Positions 37,241-50,216 of a DNA stretch of 64,000 bases are shown one piece after another. Every line of letters begins with the position of its first letter. The first letter of the stretch is position 1. This DNA comes from Octopus sinensis. Its lineage: Eukaryota. The notes beneath the pieces are model-generated. The model was given only the letters and a program-made list of their open reading frames with translations, was not told the DNA's origin and did not search any database. The position numbers and the translations under genes are program-made. The stretch is taken from positions 23,870,001-23,934,000 of the forward strand of contig NC_043007.1 of NCBI RefSeq assembly GCF_006345805.1, written 5' to 3'.

Positions 37241-38256
37241 CTATTCTATTTATTGAAAAAGCTTAGTGAGATTATGAAAGTCCTTTAAGTTGGTTCAAAA
37301 CGGTGTTTCTAAGTTACAGTAACTGATAAAACAACCTCGGAACTTAAAATTAAGACAACATTATATCTGGCCAGAAACGACAGTTGTAAAAGATCTCTGA
37401 GCGTTACACAACACCATCAACCGAGTTCTCCCAACCGAAATAGACCTAATTTCTTTCTATCTTTCATCCGTGTTTGCATTAGTGTAGCTGCTGAAGGTCC
37501 GTCCCTGGTAATGCTTTTATGGAGGGTGATACTTGGATCTGTAGAATAAGCCTGTACAGGAGGCGGGATAAGCAACGGGGAAGGAGGGCGGCAAGCAGAG
37601 GGTCTGCCCCTGGGAGGCAAACTCTAGCTATGCGATTGCCTGTTTGGCGTTTACAGAATAACTCCGGTTTAAAGATCCGAAGACTATCTACGTCTAACTT
37701 CAAAGCTGTCAACTATCTGAACCTAAGCGTTTTTGACTTTACAAGTTGGTTATGTCTGAACATCTCTAAACACATTAACTACTGACTTTTTAAAATATCC
37801 TTACAAATACTTTTATATAAACTTTAGTTGGTGCTGTAAATCAGTATCTACTGTCTTCTGATCTGAATTCACCCCTACTTCAAACACTCGTTCACAAATC
37901 ATGTGCTGTGCAATTATTATTGCCTCGTCTTTAACATCCAGATCAGAAGAGGCCTCACCAGGTGTGCTCTTGATGACGCCAAGTTTCGACAACTGTTTGT
38001 GGTTTAAACAGCGACGAATAAGTCTACAACTGGAACCGAAAGTTTTCGATCAAAATTTTTTCTGATTTTTGTATTTATTTCTGCAGTTAGCACATTGTTA
38101 TAAAAATCAAAACAAAACCAACTCAATAACGATTTCTTACAATGTGTTGCAGTTACGTATACAACAAGAACTAAGAATTTTCAAGCTATGTTCTACCTAA
38201 CTGCTACCATCAAGAAGTCTCAAACAATCCTAGTTTTATTGCAATCAGATCTAAAC

Positions 38257-38910
38257 TTAAAACTACCTCCTTTTTGGTCCAACGACCAGGCTCTTTGATT
38301 TTCACAGTTAGAAGCCCAGCTTCACGCACAATATATAACACTTTCCCCTATACAATATCGGTCCACCTCAACTGGAAATAGCACAAGATGGGAGAGATTT
38401 CATCATCAACCTACATCACATTTCAGAAAAATTTGAAAGTTGTAAGCCATCTCGGCTTCTGAGAAAACTGCAACAACAGCTTCGAGAAAATAACTTAAAA
38501 GGTGTCATAATGAAACAGATATCCAATCATTTCTGTCGAATGTACAACTGAATCAGGCACCAAATAAAAACGCTGTCACATCGGATGAATTGGAGAAAAG
38601 GATTATGGAAGTTTCTACGCCCTTGTCCTCCACAACACATTTGTAACCTGCGATACCAACATTACTTCATACAACGAAAACGGACATATCTCTCCGCGAT
38701 CAAGTAGTTGCCTTGGCACTGCAGGTGCAGGCGCTCACAATAGAACTGCATTAGGAATGACAGAGGCTACGAAGCAGCAGAAGGATTTGTGCTCGTTGCA
38801 GAGGATGTAACTACGAGCGTACAGCCTCACCTATTTCCCACATACAAGGGAATTCACAGTATCACAGATTTCATGACTAAGCTTACAATTACATCACCCT
38901 TTGTTCATAC
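38257..38910 (+). mobile_element. Decayed Ty3/Gypsy gag
   Basis: LKLPPFWSNDQAL*FSQLEAQ ... EIAQDGRDFIIN ... KPSRLLRKLQQQL ... EKRIMEV ... YHRFHD*AYN motifs of a common Gypsy gag family. Confidence 0.8.
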
Positions 38911-38954
38911 AGGATTTATCCTCATTCAAACAAGGAGAGCCACTCAGCCAGAAG

Positions 38955-39312
38955 TGGAGTAGCTAGAGTGTGTGTGTGCCACTCTAGCAAGCCCTTGAGT
39001 TTGCTTCTTCCTTCCCGGCGGTATAGCCAATGCCGGCTTATACAGCAGACTCAAATGTGCCGATCCCTTAAAAGTGTCGTCCGGTGCGGATCACCCCACT
39101 CTTGTCTCTCTCTCTTGGCTACTCTACAGCCAACCAGAGATTAACAGCAATAACTCTATCTGGCCTTGTATCAATGAATAGCTCTTTTATTGTGATCTCG
39201 TGGAGACTGAAACAATAGCGAACAGTCTACCATCCACCCAAGCGCATGGCAAGAGTAAGTCACCAGTAATAAATATAGACTGTTCTACTTCTTAGAGTGT
39301 GCTTCTACTCCG
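38955..39312 (+). mobile_element. Probable LTR following the gag remnant
   Basis: Short terminal inverted repeats TGGAGTAG...CTACTCCG, internal AATAAA, purine-rich tract upstream. Confidence 0.5.
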
Positions 39313-39334
39313 AATTTTATGTTTTTCTAAACAA

Positions 39335-39384
<50 letters not shown>

Positions 39385-39393
<9 letters not shown>

Positions 39394-40100
39394 GAAAAAT
39401 GGCTTGAGACCGGCCGCAGACCACAAACAGTCACCATGACCTTCTTTTGGTGCAACCTTGGCTTCGGGAAATGCCGTGGAGCCTCGTCGGCGTCCAATTA
39501 CTAAGCCGAGCGTCACCAGTTGTAAAGAATCCACTTTTCATCGCAAGTCACAATCCGGTCGAGAAACGGGTCGTTCTTGTTGCGTAAAAGAAAGGAAGAC
39601 GACACTTTAAAACGGCGTTTTTGTTTTTATTTTGGTTGACGTTCAATTCGTGTGACAGCCATTTCTCAAGTATTTTTGTTTTTCCAATTTCGTTACGTCT
39701 AATTCAGAAGCAAGCTCCTGAACAGTTGTGCGTGAATTGGCTTCGACTAAGGCTCTTAGTTGATCGTTGTCAACATCCGATGGCCGACCACTACGCTTAT
39801 CATCTTCAAGACTTTCGTCACCACAACAAAATTTCTTGAACCACCATTGTGCTGTACCTTATTTAGTGGTTCCTGGGCCAAATGCATCGTTGATATCGCG
39901 GGCTATTTCAGCAGCTTTTCGGCTTAGCTTGAACTGGAATAAGAAAATTGCGCGAATATCTTTTTGTCCATGTTGTATTCAACAAGTAACACGATTAGAT
40001 AGAGCGAAAAACGGGCATTAAAAATGATATATAAAATCAAAGTAATTTCACGCGAAAATTAATTTGAAATTTAAAAATTCCGCAAGAACTTTATTGACAA

Positions 40101-40104
<4 letters not shown>
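39385..40104 (-). mobile_element. Mariner (cecropia/Hsmar1-like) element: left TIR and N-terminal two-thirds of a broken transposase (ATG 39971)
   Basis: TIR TAGGTTGTCAATAAAGTTCTTGCGG at a TA site; RAIFLFQFKL..KAAEIARDINDAFG..WFKKF..GDESLEDDKRSGRPS..DPFLDRIVTCDEKWILY..HQKKVMVT. Confidence 0.92.
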
Positions 40105-40134
<30 letters not shown>

Positions 40135-40210
40135 TATATATATATATATATATATGAAAGCATTAATCTAGACCCGTCTTTTTTTCTCTCACCGTTTTCT
40201 TTCTAAATTC

Positions 40211-40246
40211 CTTTCTGTCGAAGACCGTACGCTCGAAGCGTCAAAG
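40211..40246 (+). ncRNA. Variant-core hammerhead-like motif (decayed)
   Basis: CUUU-CUGUCGA-A-GACC GUAC GCUC-GAA-GCGU-C-AAAG; paralogue of 41844-41879. Confidence 0.35.
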
Positions 40247-40337
40247 ACTGCCCTATTTTCCCAGAACATCAAACTAATACACCTTGTTTGATGTTCCCTC
40301 AACTGCTTCTGTGGTTTATTTTTTGTACATTTGAACC

Positions 40338-40397
<60 letters not shown>

Positions 40398-41022
40398 GTG
40401 TGTATGTGTGTGTGTGCGTGTGCGTACACAGTCTCATACACACACACACATTTAAATGAACAATCAACAAGTAAAGATACTCAATTCAAACACACACAGA
40501 CACACATGCACACTGACACGCGCACACACATACGCACAAGTTGACTAACATACACATACATACAGACACACACATATTCAAATTAGGTTCTCTATGACCA
40601 CCCTAACAATCGCGATATATAGAGCACATTTTTGTTTACGGTTTATATTTTGGAATGTTTGACTGAAGAAGATTGTGTTATATAAGGATTATCTTAAACA
40701 ATCACTAGATACATGCGTATTAAATGCATTCAAATATCCGCATTTAGTTTAGTCTTTATCCCCCCTCTCTCTCTCTCTCCCTCACACACACACACACACA
40801 CGCATATTCAAAATGATTAATACGGAAGACAAAGTGCACTACCCCGAGTGACGCCTGGTAGCCGCAAGCGGTGAACGTGCTCTATAGGCACACTACAAGG
40901 GACATACCCATAACTGGATTTGGATACTACACCTTAGAGTCTCCTACCTAAACTTTAATTTTAAATACAACATATATCATCAAACAATATATTATTGGTT
41001 ATGGCATATAATTAGTCAGAAT

Positions 41023-41344
41023 GTGGAGGCACATGACCTAGTAGTTAGAGCAGCGGACTCGCAGTCGAGGGGTCGCCGGTTCGAATTTCAGACCGGGTGA
41101 TGTGTGTGTTTATGAGCGAAATAACCTAAGCTCCATGTGGCTCTGGCTAAAGGTAATGGCGAACTTCTGCTGACTCTTTCGCCACAACTTTCTCTCACTC
41201 TTTCTTCCTGCATCTTGCAGCTCACCTGTGACAGACCGGCGTCCCGTCCAGGTGGGGAACCTATACGCCAAGGAAACCGGGAAACCGGCGCTTATGAGCC
41301 AGGCATGGCTCGAGAAGGTAAAAAAAAAAAAAAAAAAAAAAAAA
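41023..41344 (+). mobile_element. SINE family C head with tail type 3, poly(A) tail and 15-bp TSD AATTAGTCAG(A/G)ATGT
   Basis: TSD at 41010-41024 and 41346-41360. Confidence 0.9.
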
Positions 41345-41697
41345 GAATTAGTCAGGATGTAAACGTCGGTTTCGTGCCAGATATTACCACTGGACAATAC
41401 TGACGAATTTTCAGAGGTGATTTTTGAAAATGCATAGCCTCTTTTGAGCTAGGTGGGACACAGATTCTAGGTTGATTCGGAGGTGGGAAAAGATGGAAAT
41501 CGAGTGAAAGATATTTTGGAGAAGAAATATTTTTCACTAAATTTCGTTCCACCCTTCTCCCAACACCGAATCTGTGTGCCACAAGCGATAAAGAGGCTCT
41601 GCGCTTCTGCGCTTCTGGCAACCATGTTTGAAGAGTCGTCAGTGTTGCCTAGTGGCAACATTCAGTTTGAAATAAACGGTAACATTCTAACGAGTTA

Positions 41698-41745
<48 letters not shown>

Positions 41746-41843
41746 TATATAAAGGGAAAGTTTACGAAAATAAACAAAAGACGAAGGCAGGTAGAGTACA
41801 AACAAACAAATGAATTAGTATAGCGCTCAGGAATAGAAAAAGT

Positions 41844-41879
41844 CTTTTACGTTTCGAGCCTACGCTCTTCTACAGAAAG
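41844..41879 (-). ncRNA. Variant-core minimal type I hammerhead-like motif in a PLE-type repeat
   Basis: CUUU-CUGUAGA-A-GAGC GUAG GCUC-GAA-ACGU-A-AAAG; all three stems form, but A6 is replaced by U. Confidence 0.5.
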
Positions 41880-41940
41880 GGACACAGAAAAAACAAGGAG
41901 AGAAAAAATGCGCGTAGGAGCTAACGATCTATCATGGCGT

Positions 41941-41980
<40 letters not shown>

Positions 41981-42356
41981 ATAAGTAGTAATAAATAATT
42001 TGATGATATAAATATATCCGGTCTGTTGTTTACATTGAATATGGTTTTATTTCTGACTAATGAATAACTGAAAAAAAGATGTGAGTGCGCGCGGGCGTTG
42101 TGTGTGTATGTGAGTGCGCGCGAGCGTTGTGTATGTATGTGTGTGTGTGCATACACGCGCGCGCGCATTTTATTTGTGGGTTAACGGGTCAACAACACCT
42201 ACGGTGTGCAAATTGGTAAGTCCCAGTTTTCTGTAATTGTTGAATATATAAATAGATTGACTGCTTGTTTCTCTGAAATTGATCAAATTGATGTAGACGC
42301 CTGTAATGAGAATCCGATAAGATTCGAAACTGCTTAATTAGCCCTGTTTATATAAG

Positions 42357-42830
<474 letters not shown>

Positions 42831-43489
42831 AGTATATATATATGTGTGTGTGTAGCCTGCGAAGTTTGACTATTTGCATAAATGGGAACAATGTATATAT
42901 TTGGAGTATCAACATAGATTGTCGTATTTATGGCGGAATACTGATGAGGTGAAACACACGCTTGCATAATGTGACACACACACACACAAGCACGGTATAT
43001 GTTTACAAAAACGCTGAAAGAATCACAAATATGAAAAGAAAAAAAAGAAAGAACCATATACCACCAAATAAATGGCAATTTATTACAACCGATAAAAATC
43101 GATTAATGAAATAAAATCTTGACAGTCTCGCCTTACGAGTTTTCCTAGTTTTCAAACTTGTGGGATGGAACTCGATGAATTAATTTTCATAACAATGACA
43201 AATTTTACATCCATACATCCATACATACGTATATATATTTATATAAAGAATAAAAGAATACATGTGTGTATAAATTCATACATATTTATATATATACATA
43301 TATGCATGTGCATAACTACATACATATTTATACATATGTATGTTTGTGTGCCTGCGTGTTTATGTATGTATGTATATGTATGTATGTATGTATGTATATG
43401 TATGTATGTATGTATGTATACATACACACATATATGTACATAAACACGCATATACCTATATACATATATTAAGTATATGTATATGTATG

Positions 43490-43562
<73 letters not shown>

Positions 43563-43879
43563 AGCCAGATGATATGAAATCAAGCAAAAAGCAGTACATT
43601 TCGTCAACCAAGCTCGATGCGTTCAGTAACCTTTAACTGTTTTCCCCGAGGAAGTTCTTAAATCTCCTACATCTCTGCACTGGTATTTTGTCATTGCGCA
43701 CGGTTGTACAAGTCCGACGAAACTTCTCACCACTTCATAATAGATAGTGCCATTTAAAGGTAAGTGGAAACTGTACATGTAGCAATATGCGTGTGGTCAT
43801 AAATGGTTAAAAATGATATTTGCAATATATTTATATACCTACCTACATACATACATACATACACACCTACCAACATACA

Positions 43880-44415
43880 TACATGGTGGCTGCCCCCTCG
43901 TTATTGAGTATGGCCATTGCACGAAGCTTAATCAATGTTGTTATCGTGCAATGCCTGTGCAAGAAGATTTTTTTAAAGTGAGGAAAGGCTGTGCACTGAG
44001 TCAATCCCACTCACTAAGCAACAGCAGCCATAATCCGAAAAGAAGAACAAGTCAACATCATCGGTAATCACTGAGTCGCAGGTTTTATGTCGGAGTTATC
44101 CAAGTTACCTGAGTTACCTTCTTCCAAAAAGGATGCCCTAACAAAGGCTAGGAGTCCTTCACTCCCAATGGTTTAACCGCGCGATCGGGTATTCAGTCCG
44201 ATTATTTCTATGTCCCCGCGCATGATACAGCCTTAAGACATTTATTGGATGGCCGTTGACTCTCAAGAGTTCTTCCACCCTTGGACGGGTTTTGGTTTTC
44301 ATCCCGCAGGGTGTCTAATAAACACCCTCCTCACCAAGCAAGCTTGGTGGGGTTGCCGGTTTAGTCGCCGACAACCCGACCATGCAACAGGTTGTACCTG
44401 GTTACATGACCTAAC
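43880..44415 (-). mobile_element. Non-coding RTE-derived element (5' UTR-like leader plus short 3' end) between (CATA)n tracts
   Basis: Minus strand contains GGGAGTGAAGGACTCCTAGCC..GTTAGGGCATCC..GAAGAAGGTAACTC, resembling RTE 5' UTRs; no ORF. Confidence 0.55.
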
Positions 44416-44551
44416 ATAACATACATACATGCATACATACATACAAACATACATACATACATGCATACATACATACAAACATACATACATACATACATAC
44501 ATACATACATGCATACATACATACACATACATACATACATACATACATACA

Positions 44552-44582
<31 letters not shown>

Positions 44583-44647
44583 GTGAGCGTAAACATGTAT
44601 GTGTGTGTATGTAGGTGAAATAAGGATAAACACAGGTTTATATAATA

Positions 44648-45070
44648 CTAGCAGTTAAGCCCTGATTTCACCCGGTCTGTTTGGATTATGAGGCTGTGAT
44701 CGTTTTCGGTTAGGCATAATCTATAACAGCGTTTCTCAACTTTATCATTTCGGGTCCCCTGTTTCGATGGGAGCCTCCATCTGTATGAAAGAAGATATAT
44801 GAAATGGACGTGTGTGTGTGTGTGTGTACGTGCGTGCTTGCGCGTGAGATAGAGTGAGTGAGTGAAGGTGTGTTTTCGTGATGATTGACGTATTTGTACA
44901 TAGTCTGTTTCTGAGAGCTCTTCTATTGGACCTCTGTCTAATCATTAAAACATTGATTTAATTATGAACATAGAAAGAAATTATACATTAACCCCTATTT
45001 TTGTAAGCAGTTGTATCTGTAAAAAATTTTATTTGCAGAGAGCAGAAATTGAAAGAAGATATATGAAATG

Positions 45071-45128
<58 letters not shown>

Positions 45129-45290
45129 CGCGCGCGCGTGTGCTTACGTGCGTGCTTGCGCGTGTGTATGTGAAAAACAAAGAGGATGAGAAAGAGAGAG
45201 AGAGAGAGAGAGTGAAGGTGTGTGACATGATTGACGTCTTTTAAGGTACGCACACATACACAGAAAATATCATCGTATAAAATTTTTACG
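44648..45290 (-). mobile_element. Non-autonomous Helitron-like element with an internal duplication and (GT)n tracts
   Basis: CTAG plus GCCC...CCCGG terminus; GAAAGAAGATATATGAAATGGACGTGTG repeated near 44788 and 45051; 5' boundary uncertain. Confidence 0.55.
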
Positions 45291-45314
45291 ATAGTTGATT
45301 TATGGAAAAATTTC

Positions 45315-45830
45315 TTTTGCCGAACCGCTAAGTTACGGGGACGTAAGCACACCAGCATCGGTTGTCAAGCGATGTTGGGAGGACAAATACAGACACGCAA
45401 ACATACACACACACACATACATATATACGACGGGCTTCTTTCAGTTTCCGTCTACCAAATCCACTCACAAGGCTTTGGTCGGCCCGAGGCTATAGTAGAA
45501 GGCGGCGAGCTGGCAGAAACGTTAGCATGCCGGGCGAAATGCGAAGCCGTATTTCGTCTGCCGTTACGTTTTGAGTTCAAATTCCGCCGAGGTCGACTTT
45601 GCCTTTCATCCTTTCGGGGTCGATAAATTAAGTACCAGTTATGCACTGGGGTCGATGGAATCAACTTAATCCCTTTGTCTGTCCTTGTTTGTCCCCTCTG
45701 TGTGTAGCCCCTTGTGGGTAGTAAAGAAATATATAGTAGAAGACACTTGCCCAAGGTGCCACGCAGTGGGACTGAACCCGGAACCATGTGGTTGGTAAGC
45801 AAGCTACTTACCACACAGCCACTCCTGCGC
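45315..45830 (-). mobile_element. SINE family B interrupted by a full-length SINE family A (+, 45501-45731; TSD TATAGTAGAA)
   Basis: TSD at 45491-45500 and 45732-45741. Confidence 0.92.
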
Positions 45831-46597
45831 CTGTTGTTTAAAAAGTGTGAAAGGAAAGGTGCTGTTCAGCTCTCAGGTTATGCCTGGACCCAAAACCCAA
45901 CATAACACTCGTGAATGTATTAAAAGCAACCAACGTCTTGGTAAACCACAAATAAACTCAAGATGAAGAACAGTGTTATAAGTCGACCGATTGCCAAGTT
46001 ATGCCTGATTTTGGAAGGAGACAAGTAATTAGATAGATTTGCATCTATACCTATTATCGGATTTTGTTAGGACCCCATATAATAAAAATGCGGATGGGGA
46101 AAATGTGGGTAGAGGCTGATGTGCTAGCAATCCTCTCTCCTTACTGTTTTACAAAGTAAACAACAACACAAATAACTACGCAGAGGCAGCCATGGTTGAA
46201 GCAAGGACAACAGGCATTTATCGCTCATCGCTTGTTATGCGCTCATAAATTAGTTTGATAGTTGAGCTCTGATTGGCTGTATGCAAATGTGTTCATAACT
46301 GGGGTCCGGAGCTCTCGTGAGAACAAAAAATTTTGCGTCCCGGATCCCGGATTGACCTTAAGAGACCATATAATCATACATGCACACACACACACACACA
46401 CATTCACATTCATAACATAGAAAAGACACTATAACAATTTTAAAGCAGTCTACGATTCCACTTAGAGATTGGATTGACAGCAGACGGTAAAGTATATTGG
46501 GCGATTGTAATACTATTTTCAAATGTCGAGGTGATAATAGTACAATAGTGTCTGTCTATCTGCCTTCCTCTCTGTCTATCTATCTCTCACTCTCCCC

Positions 46598-46649
<52 letters not shown>

Positions 46650-46659
46650 ATATATATAA

Positions 46660-46897
46660 CCATGACTGTGTGGTTAAGAAGCTTGCTTCCTAACCATGTG
46701 GTCTTGGGTTCAGTCCCACTACGCGGCACATTGTACAAGTATTTTCTAGTGTAGCCCCGTAACTTACCGGTTCGGCAAACGAGACCGATAGAATAAGTAC
46801 TAGGCTTACAAAGAATAAGTCCTGGGGTCGATTTTTCTCGACTAAAAGGCGGTGCTCCAGCATGGCCGCAGTCAAATGACTGAAACATTTAAAAGAG
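46660..46897 (+). mobile_element. SINE family B with an internal deletion
   Basis: Head joined directly to the 3' body at ...TAGTGTAG|CCCCGTAAC. Confidence 0.85.
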
Positions 46898-48533
46898 TAT
46901 GTATGTATGTATGTATGTATGTATGTATGTATGTATGTATGTGTGCTTGTATGTGTATGTATTTGTGTTGTGTTTTCGTTTAGTGACGTCTCCGTAACCT
47001 AGTGGTTCGATAAAACAGGCTGATTGAATAAGTATTAAGCTATTAAAACAATAAGTATTGTGCTTGATTTGTTCTACTACATCCTTCAATGTGGTGCCCC
47101 AGCATATCAACAGTTCAATAACTGAAACAATTACACCACTAAATTACCACTTCCATTCTTCACCCTGCAACAGAAAGGTATATCTTCATTGAATTTCTGG
47201 TAGCTATTAAGTATCGTATTTTTTTGGAAGCGTTGTGGTCATTGAGTCAGACTCTATGATAGCTGTATACTGTCGGAAGCACATCCCATAAGGAAAAGTC
47301 ACTATCGTTTCACCAGTTCCGATGACTGTAATGGCTGCGATGACTAAAACTCAGCTGTTCTGAAGAGCACACAAACAAATCATCTTTGATAAGCTTGTAT
47401 GCAGTTTCAGTGTTGTGACTGACCTAGATCTAAAATGTCCTATCCCGGCACATCCTGACAAACACAATCTGCAAGCATAAATAAAGTTAGTAACACAACG
47501 ACATTCATACAACTTCCGATGAATTCAACTATTTTTCTCTCTCAGGGTTAGTTTTGAGCATAACAGCTTGTTGTCGACAAAGCGTTCGAATGCATGTTTC
47601 TTGTATTCGCAGTCTCAACAATAAATAAGGATGTAGTCTAACAATTCACATTGCTTGGATTGCAAATATTTTCCTAAAAGGTTTTTGTGCTTATCCCCAA
47701 GTTGCACATCATATCAATAATAATGAGGTTAAATTCTATTGAAGGAAAATTACAGGAGTAAGTAATAACTGTTCATTTTCTCAACCCTGTGCGTACGAAT
47801 GATTTTAGAGACGTCAATCACCAACAGCAGAGACCAGACCAATTGGTGGTACTTCGTACTTTTTAAAGTCAAATTCGCTATTTTGCAGTTATCTTAATAG
47901 ATGGTGCTCAAGCTAAAACAGTGCCCCAGCTAAATATATACGTACTGAGTTGATCGCTTGATCAGACATCAAAGTTATTTTGTTTGATACAGTATACAGA
48001 AAAAATACACGTCTCTGTTGTGTGTTCCTATGCAAGTGAGAACAATGTGTCAGATTCTCACATGGGCGTTATTTTTATTAGCTTCTATTTTTGTCATCCT
48101 TGATTGAATGAGAACCCACCTTATAGACATTGTCCATCCAGAAAGTAAGTCAATCCGATTTAGGTTAGAGTATAGCACTGTCAACGTGACCTTTGATCAG
48201 TGCCAGATCCAAGAAAAGTCAGGGAATACAGAACGAACTTATACATGTTGTTTGTTAATCTAACTTAAGTCTGTGATTCCTCTTCCAGAAATTCGTTTTG
48301 AATATTACTCATCAAGCTGGTTATGCCGGATAAAATGGTTGAAATCATCTGATCCCTTTCATGACAGTACGATAACTATTGTCTACTCAGGAGATGAACT
48401 TCTGAAAAAATCTCCGTCTCCAACGCGTGATATATTATCGGGATGTATTTCTGTGCCTGTTCTTTTTAGATTGTTCTCGGCTATGATTGTGGCTGCATTT
48501 GTAATCTGTTAGATGGTGGGGACGTCCAGTTTT

Positions 48534-49238
48534 GTAGAGGCATATGGCCTAGTGGTTAGAGTAGCGGACACGCGGCCGAGGGATCGCGGGTTCGAATCTC
48601 AGACCGGGCGATATGTGTGTTTATGAGCGAAACACCTAAGCTCCACTTCTACTATGGACGTTATCAAAGAAGCTTGAGAGGCGGTTGGATGGAACATACA
48701 CTCGCCTCCTTATCAAAGCTCAAAATCTCTCGTGGAAGCGTCCAACCAAAATGCAAATATATGGGAAACTACCACCTGTGTCATCTCTTGTGAAAGGTAG
48801 GAGAGTCCAGTTTGCTGGACATTGTTGTAGAGCTGAAAACGAGGCAATTTCTACTCCTCTCCTCTGGAAGCCATCTGCTCGCGATACCAGAGGGCGCACA
48901 CTCTCCTACCCTGATGTAATCTCCAGGGATACAGGCATCCAGCAACAGGACCTCCGTAATGCTATGATGGACCGTGAAGTCTGGCGTAGCATGGTAAATT
49001 CCATTGTCTCGACCACGGTCGAACAATGATGATGATGATGAAGCTCCACGCGGCTCCGGCAGAAGGTAATGGCAAACTTCTGCTGACTCTTTAGCCACAA
49101 CTTTCTCTCACTCTTTCCTCCTGCATCTAGCAGCTAACCTGCGACAGACCGGCGTTCTGTCCAGGTGGGGAACCTATACGCCAAGGAAACCGGGAAACCG
49201 GACCTTATGAATCAGGCATGGATTGAGAAGGAACAAAT
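48534..49238 (+). mobile_element. SINE family C (tail type 3) split by an RTE insertion; outer TSD GTCCAGTT
   Basis: TSD at 48524-48531 and 49239-49246. Confidence 0.88.
48647..49040 (+). mobile_element. 5'-truncated RTE-clade LINE 3' end with (TGA)n tail and 9-bp TSD AAGCTCCAC
   Basis: WTLSKKLERRLDGTYTRLL..NLSWK..RRVQFAGHCCRA..MMDREVWRSMV; TSD at 48638-48646 and 49041-49049. Confidence 0.93.
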
Positions 49239-49339
49239 GTCCAGTTCTGACTTAGCAGTAATAGACCAAGATATTACATCCAACGCGTACATTTAGAAAA
49301 GACGATGGGGTTCTTATACGAAATTTTTGGAGCTGATGA

Positions 49340-49960
49340 ACACTAGGTGGAAAACCCTATAACCCGACGATTGGGGGCCATAAATATTGAAGCGAGAGTG
49401 TGTGAAAGCGTGTTACAACAACATGTAGATGAACGTCTGAAGTTCCCAACCCGGTTAGCCGAAATAGTAGTACCTCGTATTCCTACTGTCACCGCAGGTG
49501 AAGTTCCTGTTATTTCTGAAGTTTCTGGGTTACCTGAATTGCCAGGTAAATTTACCGAACCCTTATCTGAAATGCCAGGTAAAGTTCCTGAATTGTCTTA
49601 GGTATCAATTACTGCCGATTCTCTGTTGTGTGACATTGTTGACTCCCTCAATACATCTAAAGCACCGTCTGATCATGAAGTTCGTAAGTTAATCCGGAAA
49701 TGTCAACCGCCCTCCAAGTTTAACAACTACGTGTGTGAAAAACAATAATTAAAGGCTGGAGATGTGCCGAGAACATGGAAGCAGGAGAGATAATTCCCGT
49801 GTACTGGTCCGACTTTATGTAGTAGTTCTCCAGCAGAGAAAAAAACTGCCGGAAACTGACTAGGAGCTATCTCGAAGCAGGACTAAGGAGAACGAAGGAT
49901 TATGTTGGAACAATAAAGGCCATTGAAGAATACAATTTGAACCCTTCCATGACGCCATGA
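49340..49960 (+). mobile_element. Gypsy pol C-terminal (integrase tail) remnant, PPT and 3' LTR start (TGT at 49763)
   Basis: ITRRLGAINIEARV..LQQHVDERL ... RKCQPPSKFNNYV, then AAAGGCTGGAGA|TGT and AATAAA near 49910. Confidence 0.7.
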
Positions 49961-50216
49961 TAACCACCGTCTAATAAGGGTGTGAACTTCTGACAACTTT
50001 TCCCTCTCCAACGCGTGATATATTGAAGGGATATATTTTAAAGCCTATTCTTTTGGGATTGTTCTCAGCTATGAGTGAAGCTGCATTTGTAATCTGGAAG
50101 ATGGTGGGGATATCCAGTTCTGATTTTGCAGTAGTTTCTTTCACCCCGAGAAATTTGTCTCCAAATCTAGAAACAGCAGAGTGACAGTAAATCTACTATT
50201 TTCTGATGGTTGTCAA

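Noticed and set aside
37417-37785. Three overlapping 67-88 aa ORFs
   Set aside because: No motifs or splice support; adjacent to a decayed Gypsy element.
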